DNA of 47,825 nt from Chiloscyllium plagiosum (Eukaryota), in the NCBI RefSeq assembly GCF_004010195.1, contig NW_025214637.1, positions 1-47,825 on the forward strand. Direction: 5' to 3'. The notes under the pieces are model-generated. The model was not told where the DNA came from. It worked only from the letters and a program-made list of their open reading frames with translations, and made no database searches. Of this stretch, positions 11,597 to 22,300 are shown piece after piece. Positions within the stretch are counted from its first letter, which is position 1; each line of letters starts with the position of its first letter. The translations under genes were made by a program, and so were the position numbers.

Positions 11597-11921
11597 TCTA
11601 TCACAAAGGAGGATTTGTAATCAGAAAATTGAAAGCAAAGTTCACGTCAGAATCGGAGAGAACCATCCAATTTATTGACGTAACCTGAACACCATCGGGT
11701 GTTGAACATGGAAGAGAAGAGCACGGTTTAGTGTTGAGAGGCCAGACATATATTCTCGACATGGACAACGTTTTAGCTGATTATGTGACCTGTCAAACAA
11801 CAGATTAACACTGTGGACCAACTGTGGGAAATGTGAGAATAATGCGATGGGATACAGATCACCATTTGAACTGGAAACATGTCAATGCAGTCACTTCAGG
11901 GAGAGAGAATTCACCAGCTCC
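11597..11921 (+). pseudogene. C2H2 zinc-finger gene relic, 5' part of coding exon
   Basis: After a candidate ttacag acceptor: MEEKSTV…, then a degenerate finger GKCENNAMGYRSPFELETCQCSHFREREFTSS with stops and frameshifts; it joins 13782 to complete a finger. Confidence 0.6.
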
Positions 11922-11927
11922 AAGTTA

Positions 11928-13779
11928 ACTCACAGAATACCTGCAGTGCAGACAAAGGCCACTCAGCCCATCGAGTCTCCACCAAACTTCCAATGATCGT
12001 CACACCCAGACCCAGCTCCCTACCCTATCCCCACAATCCTGTACTTGACCACAGCCAATCGACCTTACCTGCACATCTTTGAACTGTGGGGGAAGACCGG
12101 ACCACGTGGAGAAACCCATGCAGACACAGTAAGAACATATATACTCCACACAGTCATAGAGTCAGTGAGTTGTACAGCATGGAAACAGACCCTTCTTCCC
12201 AACTCATCCATGCCGACCAGATATCTTAACCTAAACTAGTCCCATTTAGCAGCACTTGACCCATATCCCGCTAAACCCTTATTATTCATATACTCATCCA
12301 GGTGCCCTTTAAATGCTGCAATTGTACCAGCCTCCACCACTTCCTCGGGCAGCTCATTCCATACACTTATCACCCTCTGTGTAAAAAGCTTCCACTTATG
12401 TTTCTTTTATATCTTTCCCCTGAACCTATGCCCTCTAGTTTTGGACTCCCCCACCCCAGAGAAAAATGTTATCTATTTACCACAACCATGCTCCTCAAGA
12501 ACTTCTAAACCTCCATGAGGTCACCCCTCAGCCTCCAGTGCTCCAGGGATAACAGCCCCAGCCTGTTCAACCTCTCCTAATAGCTCAAATCTCCCAACCC
12601 TGGCTACATCCTTGTAAATCTTTTCTAAACGCTTTCAAGTCTCACAACCTCCTTCTAAATAGAAGGAGAACACAATTGCATGCAATATTCTAAAAATTGC
12701 CTAACCAAAGTCCTGTACAGCTGCAACATGATCTCCCAATTCTTATACTCTCCAGAAGACCCTAACAATGCCTATGACCTTATCATAAAGTGTATAAGTC
12801 CTGTTAAGATTTGCTTTCCCAAAATGCAGCACCTCGAATTTTTCTACATTAAATACCATCTGCCACTTCTCAGCCCATTGGCCCATCTGACCAAGATCCC
12901 GTTGTAACCTGAGGTAACCTTATTGCTCTCCATTACACCTCCAATTTTGGTGTCATCTGCAAATTTACTAACTGTACATTCCATGCACACATCCAAATCA
13001 TTTCTATAAATGATGAATCACAGTGCACTCAGCACCAAACTTTGTGGGACTCCACTGGTCACAGGCCTCCATTCTGAAAATCAACCCTCCACCATCACCC
13101 TCTGCCTTCTACCTTCCAGCCACTTCTGGATCCAAATGGCGAGTTCTGCCTGTATTCCATAAGATCTAAACTTGCTAACCAGTTTCCCATAGGAAACCGT
13201 ATCGAATACCATACTGAAGTCCATATAGATCACGTCCACCACTCTGCCCATTCGCAATCCTTTTTGTTACTTCTTGAATACACTCAATCAAGTTCGTGAG
13301 ATCTGATTTCCCACGCACAAAGCCATGTTGACTATTCCGAATTAGTCCTTGCCCTTCCAAATGCATGCATACCCTGTCCCTCAGGATTCCCTCCAACAAC
13401 TTGCACACCACCAACTTCAGGCTCACTAGTCTATTGTGCCCTGGCTTGTCATTACCACCCTACTTAAACAGTGGCATCGCGTTAGCCAACGTCCAGTCTT
13501 CTGGCACCTCACCTGTGACTATTGATGTTATAAGTATCTCAGCAATAGGCCTAGCAATCACTTCCCTACCTTCCCACAAAGTTCTACAGACACCTGATTT
13601 GATCCGGTGGATGCATGCACATCAGGGTATCCAGCACATCCTCCTCTGTCATATGAACATTTTTCTAGATGTCACCATCCACTTCCCCACTTTCTACATC
13701 ATCACACAAGCCTGGAATTGAACGGAGGTCCCAAGAGCTGTGAACCAGCATTGCTGAGCAGTGTGCCACTGAGCTGTCC
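11928..13779 (-). mobile_element. Older HE1-type SINE split by a CR1 insertion (parts 11928-12156 and 13703-13779)
   Basis: 3' part ends …ctccacacagtca; SINE sequence resumes cacaagcctggaattgaac…gccactgagctgtcc (tRNA head) after the CR1. Confidence 0.8.
12153..13702 (-). mobile_element. CR1-clade LINE, 5'-truncated (RT to 3' tail)
   Basis: Minus ORF KLLEGILRDRV…SQHGFVRGKSDLTNLIEC; KFADDTKIGG at ~12940-12970; 3' tail at 12153-12200. Confidence 0.93.
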
Positions 13780-13781
13780 TT

Positions 13782-14410
13782 TACTGTGGGAAGGGATTCA
13801 CTCAGTCATCCCAACTGTTGATACATGACCACGTTCACACTGGAGAGTTGGCTTTTAAATATCCAAATTGTGGGAAATGCAGTACAAATGCTCGGAAACT
13901 GACGCACCATCAATGTGTACACACTGAAGAAAGGCGACTCAGATGTTCTCACTGCAGACCTGGGTTCAGGCAACCATCTCATCCCATTGTATTCACACAA
14001 GGGAGTGGCAGGGGGTGGGTGCGGTGGCAGGGCTGTGAGCGGGGCCTGTGGCAGTGTGGGTGTAGCCTGTGGTGGGACAGGGTGTTGTCTGCAGCGTTGG
14101 ATTCAATTCACCTGCTCAGAATGTGTTATCTGACACATCAGCGATTTTGCGCTGACCTATTAACTATCCACACACTGAAATGCTTTAAAAGTAGTGGGGA
14201 TGTGATTTCCCATCCATGTGTTTGCACACGCGAGACCATTCAGACGCTCTCACAGGGTGGCTGGGTTCAAGTGTCCTTCCCACCTCAGTGAACTTCAGTG
14301 AGTTCACACGGGGGAGAGACTGTTCACCAGTCAGGAAAATAGGAAAGGATTTGCTTTGTCATCCCACTTGCAAAGACACCCCTCAGTTCACAAGAAACTA
14401 CTGGGATTGA
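13782..14410 (+). pseudogene. C2H2 (Kruppel-type) zinc-finger gene relic, 3' part
   Basis: [22 protein letters not shown], CGKC…LTHHQCVHTEERRLRCSHC, and VHTGERLFTSQENRKGFALSSHLQRHPSVH; TGE-type linkers; lost Cys/His residues, stops, and a G-rich insert at ~14004-14100. Confidence 0.85.
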
Positions 14411-14499
14411 ATTGATCTGAGCAAAAGCCCAGTTACAGGGCTAAATATTCTGTGTAAATGTCAAAAAAAAGTCAGCGTCCTTTTCAACTGACCTGTCAT

Positions 14500-15195
14500 G
14501 TCACAGAGGCACAGAGACAGAAATGGACAGCACGGAAGAAGACCCTTTGGTCCAACTTGACAACCTGATATCCTAGCCTAATCTAGTCCGTTTTCCAGCA
14601 TTTGGCCCATATCCCTCTAAAACCTTCAAATTTATGTATCCATCCAAATGCTTTTTTAATGCAGCAATTGTACCAGCCTTCACCAATTCCTCTGGCAGTT
14701 CATTCCACACACGCACTACCCTCTGCGTGAAATGTTGCCCCTTAGGTCTCCTTTATATCTTTCCCCTCTCATCCTAATCCTGTATTGTCTGCTTCTGGCC
14801 TCCCCCGCCCCGGGAAAAGGCCTTGTCTATTTATCCTACCCATGCCACACATGAACTTATAAACCTCTATAAACTCACCCCACAGTCGCTGACGCTCCAG
14901 GGAATAAAGACCCAGCCTATCCAGCCTTTCTCTTTGGCTGAAACTCTCCAACCCTGGTAACATCCTGATAAAACTTTTCTGAACCCTTTCACATTTTACA
15001 ACATCCTTCCTGTAACAGGGAGACCGAAATTGCACGCAGTCTTCCACATGTGGCTAAACCAATGTCCGGTACAGCAGCAGCATGACACCCCCCCCCCACC
15101 CCCAACTCCTAAACTCAATACACTCACCAATAAAGTCAAGCATACCAAAGACCTTCTTTACTATCCAATCTACCTGCAACTCTACTTTCAAATAA
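14500..15195 (-). mobile_element. CR1-clade LINE 3' fragment
   Basis: Minus ORF EDCVQFRSPCYRKDV…ERVQKSFIRMLPGLE…LGLYSLERQRLWG. Confidence 0.9.
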
Positions 15196-15199
15196 TTGT

Positions 15200-15410
15200 G
15201 AACATAATAACAAGCACTATATAGCACAGGAACAGGCCCTTTGGCCCGCCAAATATGCACTGCCACACCTTTCCCTTGCATTCTAAAGCTGCCTTCACTT
15301 AGAGCATCCAAATCCCTCTATTCCCTTCCTATTCATGTCTTCATCCTGGTGCTTCCTGAATGCAGATATTGCGTCTGCTTACACTACCTCCCCTGGCAGC
15401 GCGTTCCAGG
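15200..15410 (-). mobile_element. CR1-clade LINE 3' end of a different subfamily
   Basis: Reverse complement ends ggccaaagggcctgttcctgtgcta…tatgttc, preceded by cctggaacgcgctgccaggggaggtagtg. Confidence 0.75.
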
Positions 15411-15812
15411 TTGATATATAGAATAACTCCAGGTACCTTGGAGGGAGTTACTGACTAGAATATAATTAATGTTTTTGAGGTGATTTATATGAGGGATAAC
15501 AGATATATGTGATTGCGTTGCAGATTGAAATCTAATCGGATCAAAGGGTTTATTTATATTAAAATAAAACCCAAGTATATGTTTCAAAATGGAATCAATT
15601 TGAGGGTTTGAGGTGAGTTATGTTAGAATAACAGATTCCTGGGAATAAGTTACAGACTGGAATCGAGTTGAGGGTTTTGGGGTGGTTTGTGCATGGAAGA
15701 ACAAATACCCAGGAGTGAATTACAGACCGGAATCTAATCGAGGGGTACGGGGTGGTTTATCTATGGAATAACAGATTATCAGGAGTGACTTTCAGACTGA
15801 TAGATAATTGAA
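15411..15812 (+). repeat. Degenerate 70-bp tandem repeat (~5-6 copies)
   Basis: Unit ~ggagtgagttacagactggaatctaatcgaggggtwcggggtggtttatntatrgaataacagataccc; anchors at 15651, 15721 and 15791. Confidence 0.85.
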
Positions 15813-15875
15813 TGTATGGAAAGGTAACAGGGTAGTTCAGTTTCTCATGTGGCTGTTCCTCTCTCAAACAGATAT

Positions 15876-16398
15876 TCAATTTTGAATTGAATCTGAATTG
15901 AATTTATTTATTGTCACTTGTGAGGCACAATGAAAAGCTTTATATTGCGAGCAATACATGCAGATCACAGATTTAAGCGTCGATAAGTAAATAATCGGTA
16001 AACAGCTGCAAAAAAACGAACACACAGTGACAGGCGAATGTGAAGAGTTTGTGTGTCTATTCAGCAGTCTAACCACAGTAAGGTCGAAACTGTTTCGAAA
16101 CCGGCTGGTGCATGTGTTCAAGTTTCTGTACCTTCTCCCTGATGGTAGAGGTTGCAGAAAAAAAAAACATTGCCAGGGTGGCATGGATCTTTGAGAATGC
16201 TGGCAGCCTTTCCTTGACAGCGGGCCTGGTTGATGGATTCTATAGATGGGAGGTTGGGCTTTGTAATTGTCCGGGCCGAATTCACCACTCACTGTAACCA
16301 TCTCTGATCTTGAATAGTACAATTGCGATACCAGGTCGTGATACATCAAAACATAATGCTCTCGATGGCGCGCCTATAAAAGTTGGCAAGGGCATTCA
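15876..16398 (-). mobile_element. Rex1/Babar-like LINE 3' fragment
   Basis: Minus ORF LQPLPSGRRYRNLNTCTSRFRNSF is the typical Rex1/Babar ORF C-terminus; (attca)n-like tail at the left end; homologous to 29612-30310. Confidence 0.8.
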
Positions 16399-16399
16399 A

Positions 16400-19348
16400 G
16401 TCTCTCAGAGGAAATCAGAAGTAGGAGTCAGATCTTGGGCACCAAGAATGAATCATATTAAATAGGTTTGTCAAGATTTAAAAGAACAATTGTTACAAGG
16501 GGACCGTCCTGTCAGGGACACAAAGAAGATATTTAGCAGCAGTAGGCGTGAACCTAGGATGGTACGTTGCTTTTCTGGTGTCAGGATGAAGGACATCTCA
16601 AAACATTTGAATCAGATTGTCAAAGGGGAGAGTGAGAATCCAGAAGTTGTTGCATACATTGGGAGGAATGACATCGTCAGGCCAAGGGTTAGGGTTTTGC
16701 AGAGTGAGTATAAGAGCTTGGAGAGGAGATGAAGAAACAGACCATCACAAGTAGTAATCTCTGGTTTACTTCTGGTACCAATTCCAAATGAAGGAAGAAC
16801 AGGGCAGATAAATCAATGGCTGAAGAGGTGGTGCAATGTGCAGGGATTACGGTTTGAGGATCATTGAGAGCTCATCTGGGACAGAAAAGGCCTGATAAAA
16901 AAGGGAGGGTTTCACCTGAACTTGGAAGGAACCTATATCCTGGTGAGTTCGATTTGGAGAGGCTGGAAATCCTTTGTTTTGGGGAGGAGGGGAAGTTGGG
17001 GTGCAGCGGCTTTCTTTTGTAACTGTGAAAATACACAGAAATAGGAGGATGGTTCTGAATCAGAAAAGAGCAAGTTAGAAAAAATAGACAACAGCAATTC
17101 AGAGCCCAAACTAACTCTGAAGAATTAAACTGCATTTATTGCTATACTGGTAAGGCTGATGAACTGACGGTCTGTCTGGCAACATAATACTCGCCTGTCA
17201 GAGCAATTACAGAAACGTGGATGAGGCAAGGACAAGAAAGGCTTCTCAATGTTCTGGGTTTTAGATGTTATAGGAAGGATAGAAAGAGAGGCAAGAGAGG
17301 AGGGGATATAACATTTTTGATTAAGAAAGAGAGGAGAGGGCTTAAAATGCAGAATAACGTATCAAGCAGTGAGTTACAGAAAGGAGTATAGTCGAGGGGT
17401 ACGATGTGGTTCATAATTGATTAAGCAATACTGTGGAGTGAACTGCAGACTGGAATCTAACTGAGGAGTTTAAGATGTTTAGACATGGAATCAGAGGAAC
17501 TCAATTACTACTGTACTTAGTGTAACTATTACTGAGGAACCATTTAGTGAAAATCCAAATTTTGAAATGAGAAATAAGTAATAGATGGTCATCTATATCG
17601 GATTGGATTCTAGGCCCGCCAGTCGTCAGAGGAAAATCGAGAAGAAAATATGTTGAGATCTCAATGCACGTAAGAATAATAATGCTGTAGTAGAAGGGAA
17701 GTTTAATTTTCCTCGTCCGGTGCCATTTAAAAAAGTGTGGTAAGGAGAGTTCAGAGAATGTTGCTCCTTTAGAGTGAAAGGCAAGGCTGGGAAGATTAGG
17801 GAACAATGCGTCAATAAAGGTATTGTAGTTCTCGTTAAGAATAAAAAAAAATCATATACTAGATAGAGACAATTGGGTTCAACTGAATCTCTTGAAGGCT
17901 ATAAAGAGCATTGGAGCATTCTTAGGAAAGAAATCAGGAAAGCAAAGCGAGTTATGAGGTAGCCCTGGCAGATAACGTTAAGGATAAACCAAACTTATTC
18001 TACAATGACTTTAAGAGCCAGACAGCAACTCTAGAGACAGCAAGGCACCTTAAAGATTAATCAGGTTATCTTTGTGTTGAACCTCGGGAGATTTATATTT
18101 TGCATTTGTTTCTATTGTTGAGAAAGAAATGGAGGCTCGAGAACTCAACGAAATGAATAAAACGTTTAGAAAACAGGGATTACATGACAGAAGATAAAGA
18201 GCTGGAGGTCTTCGAAAACATAAAGGTAGATAAATATCTAGAACCTGAACAAGTGTATCCCAGGACAAGGTGGGATGATAGGGAGGAAATTGCAGGACCC
18301 CCAGCAGAAACGTTTGTGCCATATATAAGCATAGGTGAAATCCCAGAGGACTGGAGCGGGACTAATGTTGTGCCATTGTTTAAGAAGGGATGGAAGGAGA
18401 AGCCAGGGAACGACAGACCTGTGAGTCTGACTTTGCTAGAGGATAAGTTGTTGGAGGTGATTCAGAAAGATTGGATTTATATAGATTTTGACCGGCAAGG
18501 ATTGAATAGTGATCGTCAGCATGGTTTTGTGTGAAGAAACTCGTGTGTCTCAAATTTTGTGGAGTTTTTTTTAAGTAGTGACCAAAAAGATTGATGTGGG
18601 CAGAGCGGTAAATATTGCTTACTTGGACTTCAGCAAAGCCTTTGACAAGACTCTGCATGGTTATCAAATGAGTAAAATAAGAGCACATGGGATTCAGGGT
18701 GAGCTTGCCAATTGGATATAAAATTGGCTTCATGGCAGGAAACAGACAGTGATGGTGGATATTTCTGATGAGATACCTGTGACCAGCGGTGTTCCACAGG
18801 GATCTGCACTGGATCCACTTTTATTTGTCGTTTATGTAAATTATTTGGATGAGAATATGGAAGGCATTGTGAGGAAGTTTGTGGATGATATCGAAATTGG
18901 TGGTGAAGTGATCAGTGAAGAATGATATTTAAGGTTGCAAAGATATCATGTTCAACTGAGTCTGGAGCAGCAGATGAAGTTTAATTTGGAAACGTGTGAG
19001 GGATTGCATTTTGGTAAAACAAACAAAGATAGGACTTCATGGCAGGACAACGGGTCGTGTTGTAGAACAGAAAGGACTTGCGGTTCAGGTACATCATTCT
19101 TTGAAATGTGTGTTCTATGTAGACAGGGTGGTGAAGATGGCATTTATCATGTTAGGCTTCATTGCTCAGACAATTGAATATAGCAGTTGGGATGTTACAC
19201 TGAGATTTTACAGAGTATTGGAGAGGCCTATTCCGAATTAATGTATGCAATTTTGGTTGCCCAGTTGTCCAGGAAGGATTAAACCGGAGGAGAGCTCGGT
19301 AAAGATTTACCCAGATGTTGCCGGGAATGGAGGCCTTGAGATGTAAAA
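16400..19348 (+). mobile_element. CR1-clade LINE (ORF1 esterase, APE, RT), decayed, 3'-truncated by satellite
   Basis: RMVRCFSGVRMKDI…YIGRNDI (esterase); ELNCIY…AITETW (APE); GEIPEDWSGTNVVPLFKKG…RPVSLT…QHGF, GVPQGS and KFVDD (RT). Confidence 0.92.
17346..17500 (+). repeat. About two copies of the 70-bp repeat embedded in the CR1 APE region
   Basis: gtgagttacagaaaggagtatagtcgaggggtacga and ggagtgaactgcagactggaatctaactgagg match the 15411-15812 unit. Confidence 0.75.
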
Positions 19349-22300
19349 GTAGACTGTAATGTCAATCGTCCAGTCTCCTGTCATCTCCTCCCAGTCCAGC
19401 GGAGACTGTAATATCAAACCACCAGTCTCCTCACACCTTCTCCCAGTCCAGGGGAAACTATAACGTCAATCCTCAGGGCTCCTGACACCTTCTCAAACTC
19501 CAGGGGAGACGGCAATGTCAATGGTCCAGTCTCCTGACACCTCCTTCCACTCCAGGGGAGACTATAATGTAATTCCTCCAGTTTCCTGACACTTCCTCCA
19601 AGTCCAGGGGAGACTGTAATGACAATCCTCCAGTCTCCTGACATGTCCTTACAGTCCAGATGAGACAGTAATGTCAATCCTCCAGTCTCCTGACACCTCC
19701 TCCCACTCCAGGGAAGACTGTAATGTCCATCCTCCAGTCTCCTGGCAACTTCTCACACTCCGGGGAGACTGCAACGTCAATGCTCCAGTCTCCTGACACC
19801 TCCTCACAGTCTTCGGGAGACAGAAATTACAATCTTCCAGTCTGCTGGCACCTTATCCCAGACCAGGAGAGATTGTAATGTGAATGCACCAGTTTCCTGA
19901 CACCTCCTCCCAGTCCAGAGGAGGCTGTCATGTCTATCCTCCAGTCTCAAGACAAGTCCTCCCAGTCCAGTGGAAAGTGTAATGTCAATCTTCCAGTCTC
20001 CTGACATCTCCTCCTAGTCCAGGGGAGACTGTAATGTCCATCCTCCAGTCTCCTGGCTCCCACTCCCACTCCAGGGGAGACTGTAACGTCAATGCTCCAG
20101 TCTCCTGACACCTCATTCCAGTACAGGACAGATTGTAATGTGAATACACCAGTCTCGTGACACCTCCTCCCAGTCCAGAGGAGACTGTAATGTTTATCCT
20201 CCAGTCTCAAGGCTCGCCCTCCCAGTCCAGGGGAAAGTGTAATGTCAATCTTCCAGTCTCTTGACATCTCCTCCCAGCCCAGGGGAAAGTGTAATTTCCA
20301 TCCTCCAGTCTCCTGGCACCTTCTCCCCTCCAGGGGAGACTATCATGTCAATGTTCCAGTCTTCTGACTCCTCCTCCCAGTCCAGGGGAGATTTTAATGC
20401 CAATCTTCTAGTCTCCTGTTACCTCCTCCCAGTCAGGGAAAAGAGCGTTGTCAATCCTCCAGTCTTCTGACACCTCTTCCCAGTCCAGCAGAGACTGATA
20501 TGTGTATCCTCCGATCTCTGGGCACGTCCTCCCAGTACAGGGGAAAGTGTAATATCAATCCCCCAGTCTCCAGGCACATCCTCCCTCTCCAGGGTAGATG
20601 TAATGTCAATGCTCCTGTGTCCTGACATCTCCTCCGAATCCTTGAGAAACAGAAACGTCAATGCTCCTGTCTCCTGGCACTTATTCATAGTCCAGGGGAG
20701 ACTGTAATGTCAATCCTCCGTTCTCGTGACACCTCCTCCCAGTCCAGAGGAGACTGCAATGTCTATCCTCCAGTCTCAGCGCACATTCTCCTAGTCCAGG
20801 GGAAAGTGTAATGTCAATCGGGCGGCACGGTGGCACAGTGGTTAGCACTGTTGCCTCGCAGCGCCTGAGACCCGGGTTCAATTCCCGCCTCAGGCGACTG
20901 ACTGTGTGGAGTTTGCACGTTCTCCCCGTGTCTGCGTGGGTTTCCTCCGGGTGCTCCGGTTTCCTCCCACAGTCCAAAGATGTGCAGGGTCAGGTGAATT
21001 GGCCATACTAAATTGCCCGTAGTGTTAGGTAAGGGGTAAATGTAGGGGTATGGGTGGGTTCGCTTCGGCGGGTCGGTGTGGACTTGTTGGGCCGAAGGGC
21101 CTGTTTCCACACTGTAATGTAATCTAAAAAAAATCTAATCTAATCTTTCAGCCAACTACCACCTCCTCACAGTCCAGAAGACACTGTAATGTCGGTCCTC
21201 CGCTCTCCAGACAAATCCTCCTAGTCCAGCGCAAAGAAAAATGTCAACCTCCAGTCTCGTGACTGCTCCTATCAGTCCAGCGGAGACCATAATATCAATC
21301 CTCCAGTCTCCTGTCACCTCCTCCCAGTCCAGGGGAGACTGTAATGGCAATCCTCCAAACTTCTGATACATCCTCCCACTCCATTTGAGACAGTAATGTC
21401 TATCCTACTGTCTCCTAGCACCACCTCACAGTCCAGGAGACACTGTCATGTCAATCCTCCAGTCTCCTGACATCTCCTCCCACTCCAGGGGAGACAGTAA
21501 TGTCAATTTTCCAGTCTCTGCGCACATTCTCCCAGTCCAGGGGAGGCAGTAATATCAATCCTCCAGTCTCCTGACACCTTCTCCCAGTCCGGGAAGGCTG
21601 TAACGTCAATTCTCCAGTCTCCTGACACATTCTTCCAGTCCAGGGGAGACCGTAATGACAATCTTCCAGTCTCCTGACACCTCCTCGTAATCCAGGCGAG
21701 GAAGAAATGTCAAATTCCAGTCTTCTGACCTGTCCTCCAAATCCAGGAGTGACCGTAATGTTAACACACCAGACGCCTGACATCTCCTCCCAGTCCAGGG
21801 GAGATTGTAAAGTCAATTATTTAGTTTCCCGGCACGGCCTCCAGTCCAAGGGAGTCTGTAATGTCAATCGCCCAACCTCCTGACACCTCCTGATACTCCA
21901 GGGGAGACTGCAATGTCAATTTTCCAGTCTCCTAACACCTCCTTCCAGTCCACGGGAGACAGAAGTGTCAATCGTCCAGTCTCCTGGCACCTCCTCACAG
22001 TCCACGGGAGAGTGTAACATCAATCCTCCAGTCTCCTGACAACTAATCCCAGTGTGTGGCAAGCGTAATGTCAATCCTCCAGTCTGCGGACTCCTCCTCC
22101 CACTCCAGGGAAGACTATAATGTATATCTTCCGGTCTCCTGAGACGTCCTCGCAATCCAGGCGAGACAGAAATGTCAAATTCCAGTCTTCTGACTCCACC
22201 TCCGAATCCAGGAGTGACTGTAATGTTAACACACCAGACTCTGGACATCTCCTCCCAGTCCAGGGAAGGCAGTAATGTCAATTCTCCAGTCTCCGGGCAT

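Noticed and set aside
20820..20895. tRNA gene
   Set aside because: tRNA-derived SINE head with A and B boxes, continuing into the SINE body and LINE-like tail.
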